Source: Terriglobia bacterium (lineage in GTDB: Bacteria; Acidobacteriota; Polarisedimenticolia; Polarisedimenticolales; JAIQFR01). From it: a DNA stretch of 64,000 nucleotides. Below, in pieces: positions 10,005 to 19,687 of this stretch. The notes beneath the pieces are model-generated. The model made no database searches and had not been told where the DNA came from. It worked only from the letters and a program-made list of their open reading frames with translations. The stretch covers positions 1 through 64,000 of the forward strand of contig CAVVHE010000006.1 in the NCBI GenBank assembly GCA_963748015.1. Direction: 5' to 3'. Every line of letters starts with the position of its first letter. Position 1 is the first letter of the stretch. The translations under genes were made by a program, and so were the position numbers.

Positions 10005-10031
10005 ATAATCTCTTCAAGATCGTAAGGTTAT
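10005..10031. promoter_or_regulatory. AT-rich imperfect inverted repeat, candidate LysR/NhaR operator
   Basis: ATAATCT-N13-AGGTTAT between divergent rnk and nhaR. Confidence 0.4.
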
Positions 10032-10050
10032 TTCGCACGGAGGCGATGTC

Positions 10051-10950
10051 ATGGAGTGGCTCAACTACCACCACCTGTACTACTTCTGGACGGTGCTCCG
10101 CGCGGGCAGCATACGGGCGGCGAGCGAGGAGTTGCGCCTGGCGCCCACGACGGTGGGATCCCAGATCCACCAGTTGGAACGGACCTTGGGCGAGAGGCTC
10201 GTCGAGAAGAAGGGGCGCCGGCTCGTGCCCACGGACGCAGGGCGCACGGCCTTTCGGTACGCCGACGAGATCTTCACCCTGGGGCGGGAGCTCCGGGAGA
10301 CGATCCGCGGTCGCCCAACGGGTCGCCCGCTTCGCCTCGTGGTCGGCGTGACGGACGTGGTCCCGAAGATCATCGCGCACTGGCTCGTGGAGCCCGCACT
10401 TCGGCTCGCGGCGCCCGTTCGAATCGTCTGTCGAGAAGGGAGCTTCCAGACCCTCTTAGCGCGGCTCGCGATGCACGAGTTCGACATCGTACTTTCGGAC
10501 GCTCCGGTCGGGCCGGGAGCGAGCGTGCGAGCGTACAGCCACCTTCTCGGAGAGACAGGGGTCAGCTTCGTTGGGGTCTCCGGCCTCGCCGAGAGAAGGA
10601 GACGCGGTTTCCCGCGGTCGCTGGACGGCGCTCCGTTGCTACTCCCGACGGACAACACGGCGATCAGGCGGGCTCTTGACCAGTGGCTCGCAACGGAGGG
10701 TATCCGGCCCGACGTGGTGGGTGAGTTCGAGGACTACGCCCTGATGCGCGAGTTCGGAAGGGCCGGATTGGGACTCTTTCCCGCCCCGCAGGCGCTCGAG
10801 GGTCAGCTCCGAAAGCGCTACGATCTCTCCGTTGCCGGCCGCGTTCGAGACCTGCGCACGCGGTTCTACGCGATCTCGAGAGAACGACGCATCGCGCATC
10901 CGGCCGTCGTCGCGATCTGCGAGGCAGCGAGGCGACAGCTCCAAACCTGA
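10051..10950 (+). CDS. nhaR: LysR-family transcriptional activator NhaR
   Basis: MEWLNYHHLYYFW N-terminus; FYAISRERRIAHPAV C-terminus. Confidence 0.88.
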   Translation: MEWLNYHHLYYFWTVLRAGSIRAASEELRLAPTTVGSQIHQLERTLGERLVEKKGRRLVPTDAGRTAFRYADEIFTLGRELRETIRGRPTGRPLRLVVGVTDVVPKIIAHWLVEPALRLAAPVRIVCREGSFQTLLARLAMHEFDIVLSDAPVGPGASVRAYSHLLGETGVSFVGVSGLAERRRRGFPRSLDGAPLLLPTDNTAIRRALDQWLATEGIRPDVVGEFEDYALMREFGRAGLGLFPAPQALEGQLRKRYDLSVAGRVRDLRTRFYAISRERRIAHPAVVAICEAARRQLQT

Positions 10951-10966
10951 AGGCGCTTTCCCCGGC

Positions 10967-12748
10967 TCACGATCGCACCGCCGAACCCTTGGGCGGGTAA
11001 TCCAGAGCGTCTTGGATTTCCGTCACCATCTCGTCGGGCAGATCGGGGAACGGCAGCTCTCCGCGATCGCGGCGCGCGCGCACTCCATTCTCCGCGGCAC
11101 GACTCTTCTCGGGATCGAGCCCGCCGTCCCGACCGAAGTACACGGTCTGGGAGGGGAAGGCGAAGCCCGTTCCACTCGCCTCCACGATGTCCATGATCCT
11201 CAGGAAGATGTCCTCCCGGATCTTCAGGAACTCGTTGTAGTCCGACGTCCGGATGTACGCGAAGATCTCCAGGTCGAGCGAGGACGCGCCGAAGCCGACG
11301 AATCGGACTCTGGAGGGATCGGGATCGACCTTCGGGTGGCCGACCAAGAGCTTTCGCAACTCGATCAGGGCGTGGCGAAGCTGATCCGGGGACGTTTCGT
11401 ACCTCAGGCCGATCGTGGCGTGGAGCCGTATCTTGTCCCGAGCGCCGAAGTTCTCGATCTCCATCTGGGAGAAGACGGAGTTCGGGACGGTGACGACCGT
11501 ACGATCCAGGGTGCGGATCCTCGTGGAGCGAAGCCCGACGTCCTCCACGGTGCCGAGCTTGTCTCCCCATCGGCAGAAATCGCCCACCCTCACGGGCTGA
11601 TCCGCGGCGATCGTCGCCCCGCCGAAGAGGTTCTCGACCGTCCTCTGCGCCGCCAGGGCGACCGCCAGGCCGCCGACTCCCAGCCCCGCGACGACGCCGG
11701 TCACGTTGAAGCCCACGCTCTGGAGCACACCGACCGCCGCCATGCCCACGAGCGCGAGTTTCGCTGTCTTCCTGGCGATCGGCATCATCGCCACGACGGA
11801 TCGCTTCCCCTCACGCTCGAGCCGCTCGGCGAGGAGATCCGTCGCCACGTGCGTGAGCCGCATCAGGATCCAGGTTCCGAGTACGATCGCCAGCCCCTTC
11901 TCCGCATCGCGGAGGAACGCCTGCACGCCCACCGACAGCTTCAGGAAGGCGGCCACGAAGACGAATAGCAAAAGGGCGATGACGAACCGCGAGGGGGGAG
12001 TCATCATCTCGAGGATCCGATCGTCGAGATGCGTTCGCGTCCGGCGCACGGCGGGCTGCAGCATCCGGCGCACGATGCCGACAACGGTTATGGCGACGAG
12101 CCACGCCATCAGGGTCGCGAGCACGAGGCCGGCCCACTGCCAGAGCTGGACGTCGAGGACGACGATGTCGAAACACCAGGCCGGGAGGATCTCCGCGAGC
12201 CTGCCGTACCCGAATTCGGCGTACAACGCGGGGATCCGCCGTAGGGTCGACGGGGCGACCTCCCAGATCATCTTCCCGTCGGGTCCCTCGACCCTCTTGA
12301 GCAGCACGTCGACCGGCCCTTTCCTGGTCTGCACGACTCCCGCACGGTCGATGCCCGGCGGAAGTCCGTCCTGGGGATCGCCCTCGGGAGCATCGCTGAG
12401 CTTGTCGGGATCGAGCGAGAGCGCTTGGTCGAGAACGATCTCCAGATGGCGGGCCAGCTCGGGCCCGCGGGAAGCTCTCTCGGAGGGCGATACCTGCTCG
12501 AGGTCCAGGTACGAGGCGGCCTCCGCATAGCGACGCTCGCGACAACGCTCGAGAAAACCCTCGATTGCGGTCCGCGGAGTGTGGGCTGAAGGAGAGCCGC
12601 TCGGGTCGGCTTCCATCGCCGCCGGTGGCGACGCGGCGCGGGTTGCGGCTACTTCAGCGATCGCGATCAACAGGACCGCGAGAACCAACGCAACGGAAGG
12701 GACCGCGAACGCGTGTCGCATGCACTCCCGAGTTCGCTCCAAGTTCAT
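10967..12748 (-). CDS. MscS channel with periplasmic N-terminal domain
   Basis: GVGGLAVALAAQ, VEDVGLRSTRIRTLDR, FAFPSQT; RBS GGAGG. Confidence 0.9.
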   Translation of the reverse strand: MNLERTRECMRHAFAVPSVALVLAVLLIAIAEVAATRAASPPAAMEADPSGSPSAHTPRTAIEGFLERCRERRYAEAASYLDLEQVSPSERASRGPELARHLEIVLDQALSLDPDKLSDAPEGDPQDGLPPGIDRAGVVQTRKGPVDVLLKRVEGPDGKMIWEVAPSTLRRIPALYAEFGYGRLAEILPAWCFDIVVLDVQLWQWAGLVLATLMAWLVAITVVGIVRRMLQPAVRRTRTHLDDRILEMMTPPSRFVIALLLFVFVAAFLKLSVGVQAFLRDAEKGLAIVLGTWILMRLTHVATDLLAERLEREGKRSVVAMMPIARKTAKLALVGMAAVGVLQSVGFNVTGVVAGLGVGGLAVALAAQRTVENLFGGATIAADQPVRVGDFCRWGDKLGTVEDVGLRSTRIRTLDRTVVTVPNSVFSQMEIENFGARDKIRLHATIGLRYETSPDQLRHALIELRKLLVGHPKVDPDPSRVRFVGFGASSLDLEIFAYIRTSDYNEFLKIREDIFLRIMDIVEASGTGFAFPSQTVYFGRDGGLDPEKSRAAENGVRARRDRGELPFPDLPDEMVTEIQDALDYPPKGSAVRS

Positions 12749-13064
12749 GACGACCTCCTTCACCACTACTGGCTTGGACCGGCGCGCGAATCCACCTCGC
12801 ACCGCACACCGCAGGAGCCATCTCGTGACGGCACCGGGCACGCGACGACCGCCTCGATTGGTCGTGAACGGAGCGAGCCCGACGGGCTCGCTCCTGCGGG
12901 AACTCTCGCAAATGTCGTGCACGCCCCCGATTCCCGCGATTCGCGACGTTCTCATCGGATGGGGCCAGAGCGGATGTGACAGAGTGGCGATCACTATGAC
13001 AAAGCGTCACAGCGGGGACGGTGCACGAAGCCGAGAACTTGCAGAAACCACGGGACTTGACCGC

Positions 13065-13079
13065 TGGCAGGCGCCTTGC
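13065..13079 (+). promoter_or_regulatory. Sigma54 -24/-12 promoter
   Basis: TGGCAGGCGCCTTGC; 13054-13083 matches 2019-2048 at 27/30 nt. Confidence 0.75.
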
Positions 13080-13274
13080 CCTCTTCCGCGATGAGGAGAG
13101 ACCCATGGATTGCAGAACTCTCACCTCGCTCGAGGGCGACGCCACCTCGGCAGAGGTGCAGGCGAGCAAGCAGGCAGCGCTCGGTCGTTCAGCGTGCGGA
13201 GGAGGGTGGCCACGTCGGCCCCGTCCTCTTCAAAGCATCCGACCCGAGCTGTCCGGCATAAGGAGGAACACACC

Positions 13275-13985
13275 ATGACGAACCGCATGCACTTCGTCCA
13301 GGCGCTCGCTGGCCTCCTGATGGTGGCACTGCTTGGGGGATGCGCGGCCAAGAAGCTCCAGCGCCGCGTTGACACCCAGGCTGAGGAGATCCAGCGGTAC
13401 GAAAGCCGCGTGAAGGACCTCGAGTCCCGAAACTCCGCGCTTACCGCGCGGGTCGAGGAGACCGCCTCGGGCCTCGAGAGATCGAACCGGGAGAAGAGCG
13501 AGCTCGGTGCCTCGGTCACGAACCTGACCGGAGAGTTGGCGACGGTGAAACGCGAGAGGGACGCCGAGATCGTCGCGCTCCGGTCCAAGAACGAGGAGGA
13601 GGCAGGGTCGGCGGCACAGCACGCTACCGCTTTGCAAGTCCGCATCGGCGACCTTCGGAAGGAGATCGGGGATCGGGACGCGGCTCTCTCCAAGAAGGAC
13701 GAGACGATCGCGAGCCTTCAGGGCGACGTCAAGAGCCTCCGCGCCTCCAACGCCTCCCAGCAGGACCAGATCGCGATGCTCAAGGAAGACGAGACGGACC
13801 TCCGGGAGCAACTCGCGGCTGCGAGCGGCAGCAGAACCCTGTGGACCGCCCTGCTCGGAACCCTCCTCGCGCTGTTCGCAGGCGCGTCCGCCGCTCAGTT
13901 CTGGATCGCACGGCGAAAGGCGAAGGGCGACTCGGACCCACTCCATTTCCACCTGCCCGCCGCGAAGGGTGGTAGCGGGCTGTGA
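13275..13985 (+). CDS. Hypothetical lipoprotein with long coiled coil and C-terminal TM helix
   Basis: RBS AGGAGG; lipobox LGGC; heptad-rich middle; hydrophobic C-terminal segment followed by RRKAK. Confidence 0.75.
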   Translation: MTNRMHFVQALAGLLMVALLGGCAAKKLQRRVDTQAEEIQRYESRVKDLESRNSALTARVEETASGLERSNREKSELGASVTNLTGELATVKRERDAEIVALRSKNEEEAGSAAQHATALQVRIGDLRKEIGDRDAALSKKDETIASLQGDVKSLRASNASQQDQIAMLKEDETDLREQLAAASGSRTLWTALLGTLLALFAGASAAQFWIARRKAKGDSDPLHFHLPAAKGGSGL

Positions 13986-14005
13986 GCGGGCCCTCGGAGC
14001 TATGT

Positions 14006-15298
14006 ATGAGAAGCGTCATTCTGTCCTTGGCTGCGGTCCTGGTCTCGTTCGCGGCAGCGTACGGTCAAACTCAGCCGCGCTCGCCGGATAGGCCCGGGGA
14101 GGCGGCGGCACCAGTTTCCGAGAAGCAGGAACAGCCAGCGACAGGCCCGGCCTCGACCGCGCAGGCGCCGAACCCTGACGTCGAGAGAGCGAAGGAACTC
14201 TTCCGGAAAGGCGACTACCCCGCGGCGCTCGACGCCTCGAAACAGGCGCTCGCGACGCAACCGGACGAGATCAACAGCCTCTACATCGCGGGTGTTTCGG
14301 ATCTCAGGCTCGGCAATCTGGACGAGGCCGGCGAATACCTGAACACCCTCCTCAAGGTCGAGCCCGACATGCCGAACGTCCACTTCCATCTCGGCCACCT
14401 CGACTTCGCTCGCGCCGAGGAGCTGGCTCGTCAGGGCCAGGGCGAAGAGGCCCGCAAGTACTACCTCGAGGCCGCAAAGGAATTCGAGAACGACCTGACC
14501 CGGGAGCCGGGGAAGCTCGAGTCGCTCCGGGCGCGCGCCCTCTGCCTCGCCCGCGGCGGAAACGTCGACGAGGCGATCCGCGCCTACGAGGACACGATCG
14601 CCGCGAGTCCCGGGACCCTGGTTCCCTACCTTGCGCTCGCCAGCCTCTACGCGGAACTGGGGCGCGGGGCCGACGCCGTCGGGGTCCTCGAGAGGGCGCC
14701 GAAGGACAACGAGAAGGCATTTGCCGACGGCGCGTTCCAGATCGCGCGGGCGCTCTACGTCAAGGAACGCTACGAGGACGCTCTGGGCGCCCTCGAGAAG
14801 ATGCGCGAATGGCACCTCGAGTCGCGCGATATCGACGGCCTCCTCGCGGCAACGAACGCGAGGCTGGGTCGCTTTCAGGATGCAGCTCGGATGCTGTGCA
14901 AGTTCGTGGGCGAGGAGCCGCCGCGGGAGGAGGCGTGGAACGTCGGCGAGGTCTTCCGGATGGCGTTCGGAGGCGACTGGGTGGAGAACAAGGCGCCGGC
15001 CACGCAGCCGAAGGGCTCGCTTCCGAAGGTCGAGAAGGATCGCCGCCCGAAGTACACCCCGCAGGCCTACCACGACCGGATCGAGGCGACGATCATGGTC
15101 ATGGTGCTCGTCCGCGGCGACGGGTCGGTCGGCGGCACCTGCCTGGTCCCATCGCGCGCGCAGGACGAGCTGGAGCGCTACGGGCTGGTGCCGTCGGCCC
15201 TCGACTGCATCGGGCGCTGGAGCTTTTCCCCGGCGAGGGCGCCCGATGGCACTCCGGTCGACGCCTACTACCCGGCGATCGTGAAGTTCTCGCGGTGA
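14006..15298 (+). CDS. Exported TPR protein with C-terminal TonB_C-like domain
   Basis: Signal peptide, TPR-like helices, PKYTPQA...V..DGSV...WSFSPA...G.PV. Confidence 0.75.
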   Translation: MRSVILSLAAVLVSFAAAYGQTQPRSPDRPGEAAAPVSEKQEQPATGPASTAQAPNPDVERAKELFRKGDYPAALDASKQALATQPDEINSLYIAGVSDLRLGNLDEAGEYLNTLLKVEPDMPNVHFHLGHLDFARAEELARQGQGEEARKYYLEAAKEFENDLTREPGKLESLRARALCLARGGNVDEAIRAYEDTIAASPGTLVPYLALASLYAELGRGADAVGVLERAPKDNEKAFADGAFQIARALYVKERYEDALGALEKMREWHLESRDIDGLLAATNARLGRFQDAARMLCKFVGEEPPREEAWNVGEVFRMAFGGDWVENKAPATQPKGSLPKVEKDRRPKYTPQAYHDRIEATIMVMVLVRGDGSVGGTCLVPSRAQDELERYGLVPSALDCIGRWSFSPARAPDGTPVDAYYPAIVKFSR

Positions 15299-15372
15299 TG
15301 AGACATGGCCTTCGATCCAGATCTCTCGGCTCGGGATCCTGAGCCGGCGCCTCGCCAGCAAGGGAGGACATC

Positions 15373-15729
15373 ATGACGATGACCATGGAGATCCGTGACG
15401 CGCGAACGCCTAGGTCGGCGGTGGCGGCCTACGCTAGGCGACTCTCCCGACGCTTTGATCGGTACTTCAGGAGAGTCGTCTCGGTCGACTGGGTGCTCGA
15501 CTCGGAATCTCACGAGCGCGTGGTGAGATGCAGGGTGCATTCCAGAAGCGGTTTCTATCGCGTCCTTGTTCACTCCAGCGCCTACCGCAGAGCGATGGAT
15601 CTGGCTTTCGACAAGCTCGTGCGTCAGCGCCGAAGAATGAAGGCGATTCGGGAGAACCGCCGGCGCGCCAGCATGCCGCCACAGGGAAAGCGAGACGCAA
15701 CCGTGGTCTGGCCCGGCGAAAGTCGCTGA
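15373..15729 (+). CDS. HPF/RaiA-like ribosome hibernation factor
   Basis: Pattern YARR..RFDRYF..V.V.L...AMDLAFDKLVRQRRRMK; RBS GGAGG. Confidence 0.65.
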   Translation: MTMTMEIRDARTPRSAVAAYARRLSRRFDRYFRRVVSVDWVLDSESHERVVRCRVHSRSGFYRVLVHSSAYRRAMDLAFDKLVRQRRRMKAIRENRRRASMPPQGKRDATVVWPGESR

Positions 15730-15743
15730 GAAGGGAGAGAACG

Positions 15744-16652
15744 ATGAGCCGTCGCCCCAAGGTGCTCGCCGCTACCGATCTGAGTCTCCATGCCGACGAT
15801 GCGCTTCTTCGCGCGCACGAGTACGCGCGGGAGGTGCATGGAGAGCTAGGGGTTTGCCACGTCGTTCCCACGGAGATCCTCAGTCACCCGCTCTTTCCGG
15901 AGCGAAGCCGGATCGAGGCCTTCCAGGTGCCGTCGACCTACGGGACGGCTGTCGAGGCGGTGAAATCGAAGATCCACGACGTGACCGGCCGTGATCCGGA
16001 CTCGTGCAAGGTGTTCGTGGAAGGTGGGGCCCCGCATGCGGTGATCGTGGGAACGGCCGAGACTTGGGGCGCCGACCGCATCGTCGTGGGCAGCCTGGGC
16101 GCAGGAGCGATCCCCCGGATGCTTCTTGGCAGTGTGGCGCTGAGAGTGGCGCGGCATGCCCATTGCCCCGTGCTCGTCGCGCGGCGACATCGGAAGACGA
16201 AACAGGTCGTCGCAGGCACCGACTTCTCCGATCCGGCCCTGCCAGCGGTGGCCGCGGCAGCGGCCGAGGTGCAGCGCATGGGCGGCACGCTCTCCATCGT
16301 TCACAGCGTCGAGCTCCCGATGATTCCCGTCGATCCCCTCATGCCCGCAACGGCGTCGATGACCCCTTGGCCCATCGAGGCGGTGCTCGAGGCGGAACGG
16401 ACGGCCTCTGGCCGGCTCGACGAGATTCTCGCCACGCTCGAGATCGAGGGCCAGGGTAGGGTCGAGCGGGGTCCCGCCGCTGCGGCGCTGGTCCGGGTCG
16501 CGGAGGAAGTCGATGCGGAGCTTCTCGTCGTGGGCACGTCGGGACGGACCGGCCTGCGACGGGTCCTTCTCGGAAGTGTCGCCGAAGCCGTCGTTCATCT
16601 GGCGCACTGTTCCGTTCTGGTAGTCCGGCTCCATCCGCGGGACGCGGCCTGA
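15744..16652 (+). CDS. Tandem-domain universal stress protein
   Basis: Two USP repeats: ATDLS...LLGSVA...CPVLV and GTDFS...LLGSVA...CSVLV. Confidence 0.93.
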   Translation: MSRRPKVLAATDLSLHADDALLRAHEYAREVHGELGVCHVVPTEILSHPLFPERSRIEAFQVPSTYGTAVEAVKSKIHDVTGRDPDSCKVFVEGGAPHAVIVGTAETWGADRIVVGSLGAGAIPRMLLGSVALRVARHAHCPVLVARRHRKTKQVVAGTDFSDPALPAVAAAAAEVQRMGGTLSIVHSVELPMIPVDPLMPATASMTPWPIEAVLEAERTASGRLDEILATLEIEGQGRVERGPAAAALVRVAEEVDAELLVVGTSGRTGLRRVLLGSVAEAVVHLAHCSVLVVRLHPRDAA

Positions 16653-16712
16653 CCTATAATCGGCGCAATCCCCGCCCGAACCACGCGCGGGCGGCGGCAA
16701 TCGGGGAGGATC

Positions 16713-18962
16713 ATGGCGGAGACTCGCGCCGAGGTTCGATTGAGCCGCGAGATGCGGCTCCTCGACGTCACGATGATCGGCGTCGGGGCGATGATCGGGG
16801 CCGGGATCTTCGTTCTCACCGGCATCGCCGCGGGGGTCGCCGGCCCGGCCCTCATCCTCGCCTTCGCGCTCAACGCGGTGATCAGCCTCTGCACCGCGAT
16901 GGTCTACGCCGAGCTCGGCTCGTGTTTCCACGACGCCGGCGGGGGGTACCTTTGGGTCAAGCACGGCCTCCCCGGCGCCAACGGGTTCTTGTCAGGCTGG
17001 ATGTCCTGGTTCGCGCACTCCGTCGCCTGCAGTCTGTACGCCCTCGGATTCGGCGCCTACTTCGCGCTGGTCTTGAAGATGCTCGGCTTCGCGAGCGGCC
17101 ACGATTGGCCGATTAGCCTAGAGAAACTCCTCGCGACGGGCGTCGTGATCCTTTTCTGCCTGATCAACTACCTCGGAGCCTCCGAGACCGGCAAGGCGGG
17201 CAACGTCGTCACCGCCGCCAAGCTCGTCGTCCTCGCCGTCTTCATCGGTTTCGGCCTCACCGTCATGCGCCGCAACCCCGACTGGACCGCGAACTTCCGT
17301 GACTTCATGGCGCAGGGATGGGGCGGCGTCTTCATGGCGATGGGGCTCACTTTCATCGCCTTCGAGGGATACGAGATCATCGCGCAGTGCAGCGAGGAAG
17401 TCCGCGACCCGAAACGGAACATTCCCCGGGCCATCTTCCTCTCGCTGGTCATCGTCGTGCCCGTCTACCTCCTCATCGCCTGGGTCGCCATCGGCGCCAT
17501 CGACGGCGGCGGAATCCCGACCTGGCAGTACCTCGCGGAAAAGAAGGAAACCGCGATGGTCGAGGCGGCGAAGCAGTTCTTCGCCGGCGGCGGGCTGATG
17601 ATCCTGGTCGGAGGACTTCTCTCGACGATGAGCGCGCTGAACGCGACGGTCTACTCGTCGTCCCGGGTCTCGTTCGCCATGGCGCGGGATCACAACCTGC
17701 CGGCGATTTTCACGAGACTCTCCGCGCGCCGCAAGACCCCTCACGTCGCGATCTTCTTCTCGATGGTGATCGTCGTCGCCATGCTGCTCTGGCTCCCCAT
17801 CGAGGACGTCGCCAGCGCTGCCGACATCATGTTCCTGCTCCTGTTCCTCCAGGTGAACCTCGCGGTGATCTCGATCCGCCGGAAGATGCCGCATCTCGAC
17901 AGGGGCTTCACGACCCCCTTGTTCCCGCTGATCCCCATACTCGGGATCGCCGGCAACCTTTTCGTTGCGGCGTGGCTCTTCAAGTTCAGCCCGATGGCGT
18001 GGTTGTCCGCAGGGGTGTGGATCGGAGGCGGCTACCTCCTGCATCGCTTCTACGCCGGCCCCAGGGAGGAGGCCGTGCTCGACCGGGTGGCCAGGATCGA
18101 GAAGATGGAGAGGAAGGAATACCGCGTGCTCGTGGCGCTCTCATCGCCGAAGAACGCCCGCTCCCTGGTCGAGGTCGGCGTCGCGATAGCTCGCCGCCAC
18201 GGCGGCGAGATCGTCTGCCTCGGCGTCGTGGAAGTGCCGGAGAGCCAGCCGCTCGTCGCGGGCCTGGAGGAGACGAGCCGGCTCAATCCGTTGCTCGCCG
18301 AGGGCGTCGCTGCCGCCCGCGACGCGGGGCTGTCCGCGCGAGGGCTGATCAAAGTGTCCCACCGCGTCAGCCAGGGGATCGTCGAGACGGTGCGCGAAGA
18401 AGACTGCAACTTCCTCATCATGGGAAAACGCCGGGGCCCGACGCTACTGGAGTGGTTCTTCGCGGCCACCCTAGACAACGTGGTCCGGGATGCTCCTTGC
18501 GATGTGGCGGTGGTCGGGGGAACCGTGCGCAAGGGGATCATCCGCCGCCTCGTCGTCGCTCTCGACGAAGGACGCCACTCCAGGTTGGCGTCCGAGCTTG
18601 CGCCCGCCCTCGCGGAGTGGTGCGACGCCGACGTCCGGCCGCTGACCGTCGTCCCGACGCTGGCCTCTCCCGACGAGGCCCAGCGCCAGCGGGAGGCGGT
18701 CGAGGACGTCGTCCGGCACGCGGGCCTCGACGCCCGGCTGTCGGTGCTGCGGCACGACGACGTGTCAGAGGCCATCCTCCGCAGCAGCGGGACAGGGGAT
18801 CTCGTCGTCGTCGGAGGATCCACTGCCGGCGTGCTGGCGGAGGCTCTGGCGCCCTCCGTGCCTCTCGAGCTGATCGAGCGCGGGCAGGTACCGGTGCTGA
18901 TGGTGAGAAAGTACGAATCGTCAAAGATCGGCTGGCTCGAGAGAGCGTTGAGCCTTCGGTAA
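16713..18962 (+). CDS. APC-family amino acid permease with C-terminal USP domains
   Basis: GAMIGAGIF, YAELGS, FIAFEGYE; USP-like C-terminus (APCDVAVV). Confidence 0.9.
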   Translation: MAETRAEVRLSREMRLLDVTMIGVGAMIGAGIFVLTGIAAGVAGPALILAFALNAVISLCTAMVYAELGSCFHDAGGGYLWVKHGLPGANGFLSGWMSWFAHSVACSLYALGFGAYFALVLKMLGFASGHDWPISLEKLLATGVVILFCLINYLGASETGKAGNVVTAAKLVVLAVFIGFGLTVMRRNPDWTANFRDFMAQGWGGVFMAMGLTFIAFEGYEIIAQCSEEVRDPKRNIPRAIFLSLVIVVPVYLLIAWVAIGAIDGGGIPTWQYLAEKKETAMVEAAKQFFAGGGLMILVGGLLSTMSALNATVYSSSRVSFAMARDHNLPAIFTRLSARRKTPHVAIFFSMVIVVAMLLWLPIEDVASAADIMFLLLFLQVNLAVISIRRKMPHLDRGFTTPLFPLIPILGIAGNLFVAAWLFKFSPMAWLSAGVWIGGGYLLHRFYAGPREEAVLDRVARIEKMERKEYRVLVALSSPKNARSLVEVGVAIARRHGGEIVCLGVVEVPESQPLVAGLEETSRLNPLLAEGVAAARDAGLSARGLIKVSHRVSQGIVETVREEDCNFLIMGKRRGPTLLEWFFAATLDNVVRDAPCDVAVVGGTVRKGIIRRLVVALDEGRHSRLASELAPALAEWCDADVRPLTVVPTLASPDEAQRQREAVEDVVRHAGLDARLSVLRHDDVSEAILRSSGTGDLVVVGGSTAGVLAEALAPSVPLELIERGQVPVLMVRKYESSKIGWLERALSLR

Positions 18963-18972
18963 GGAGGAAGCC

Positions 18973-19659
18973 ATGCTCGAACGGCAACCCGACGGGACGG
19001 TCTTCGGTCCGTTCCAGCAGATGTGGTCGAGAATCCTGGACTACCTCCCCAGCCTGGCTGCGGGCGTCCTGCTCCTGCTCCTCGGCCTCGTCGTTTGCTG
19101 GGTCGTCAAGAAGGTGATCGTTCGGATTCTCCTCCTCTTGCGGCTCGACCGGCCACTCAGGAACTTTCGGTGGGCCAAGGGGCTTTCCCAGGCGGACACC
19201 CGGCATGTCCTCGCCAACGTCGTCGGCAACGTGGGGGCGGTTCTCGTCTTCCTCATTTTCCTCGAGAACGCGTTCGTGGTCTGGCAACTCGAGGTTCTGG
19301 GCCGACTCATCGGCGGGCTGGTCTTCTACCTTCCCAAGCTGATCGTGGGCACGGTCGTTCTGATCGCGGGGAGCATCGTCGCGACGATGGCGGCAAACCG
19401 GGTTCGCACGGGGCTGGCCCTCGAAGGCTTCGGCCGCGCCGGTCTGGTCGGCCGGCTGACGCTCTGGGGACTCATGATCGTGGTGGCCGCGATCACGCTC
19501 GAGGAGCTGGGAATCGCCCCGCAGACCGTTCAGGCGGCGTTCAGGATCGGGCTCGGGAGCCTCGGGCTCGTCGTCGTGCTCGCGGTGGGCTTGGGGAGCC
19601 GGGATGCGGTGGCGCGTATGTGGAAAGCGATTCTCGACGAGCCTGAAAGGAACGGGTGA
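18973..19659 (+). CDS. Membrane protein with MscS-associated TM-helix repeats (CmpX-like)
   Basis: Repeated YLP(S/K)L helices; LAVGLGSRD. Confidence 0.7.
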   Translation: MLERQPDGTVFGPFQQMWSRILDYLPSLAAGVLLLLLGLVVCWVVKKVIVRILLLLRLDRPLRNFRWAKGLSQADTRHVLANVVGNVGAVLVFLIFLENAFVVWQLEVLGRLIGGLVFYLPKLIVGTVVLIAGSIVATMAANRVRTGLALEGFGRAGLVGRLTLWGLMIVVAAITLEELGIAPQTVQAAFRIGLGSLGLVVVLAVGLGSRDAVARMWKAILDEPERNG

Positions 19660-19687
19660 TGATCACGAAGACAGGAGGTCGCTCGTC

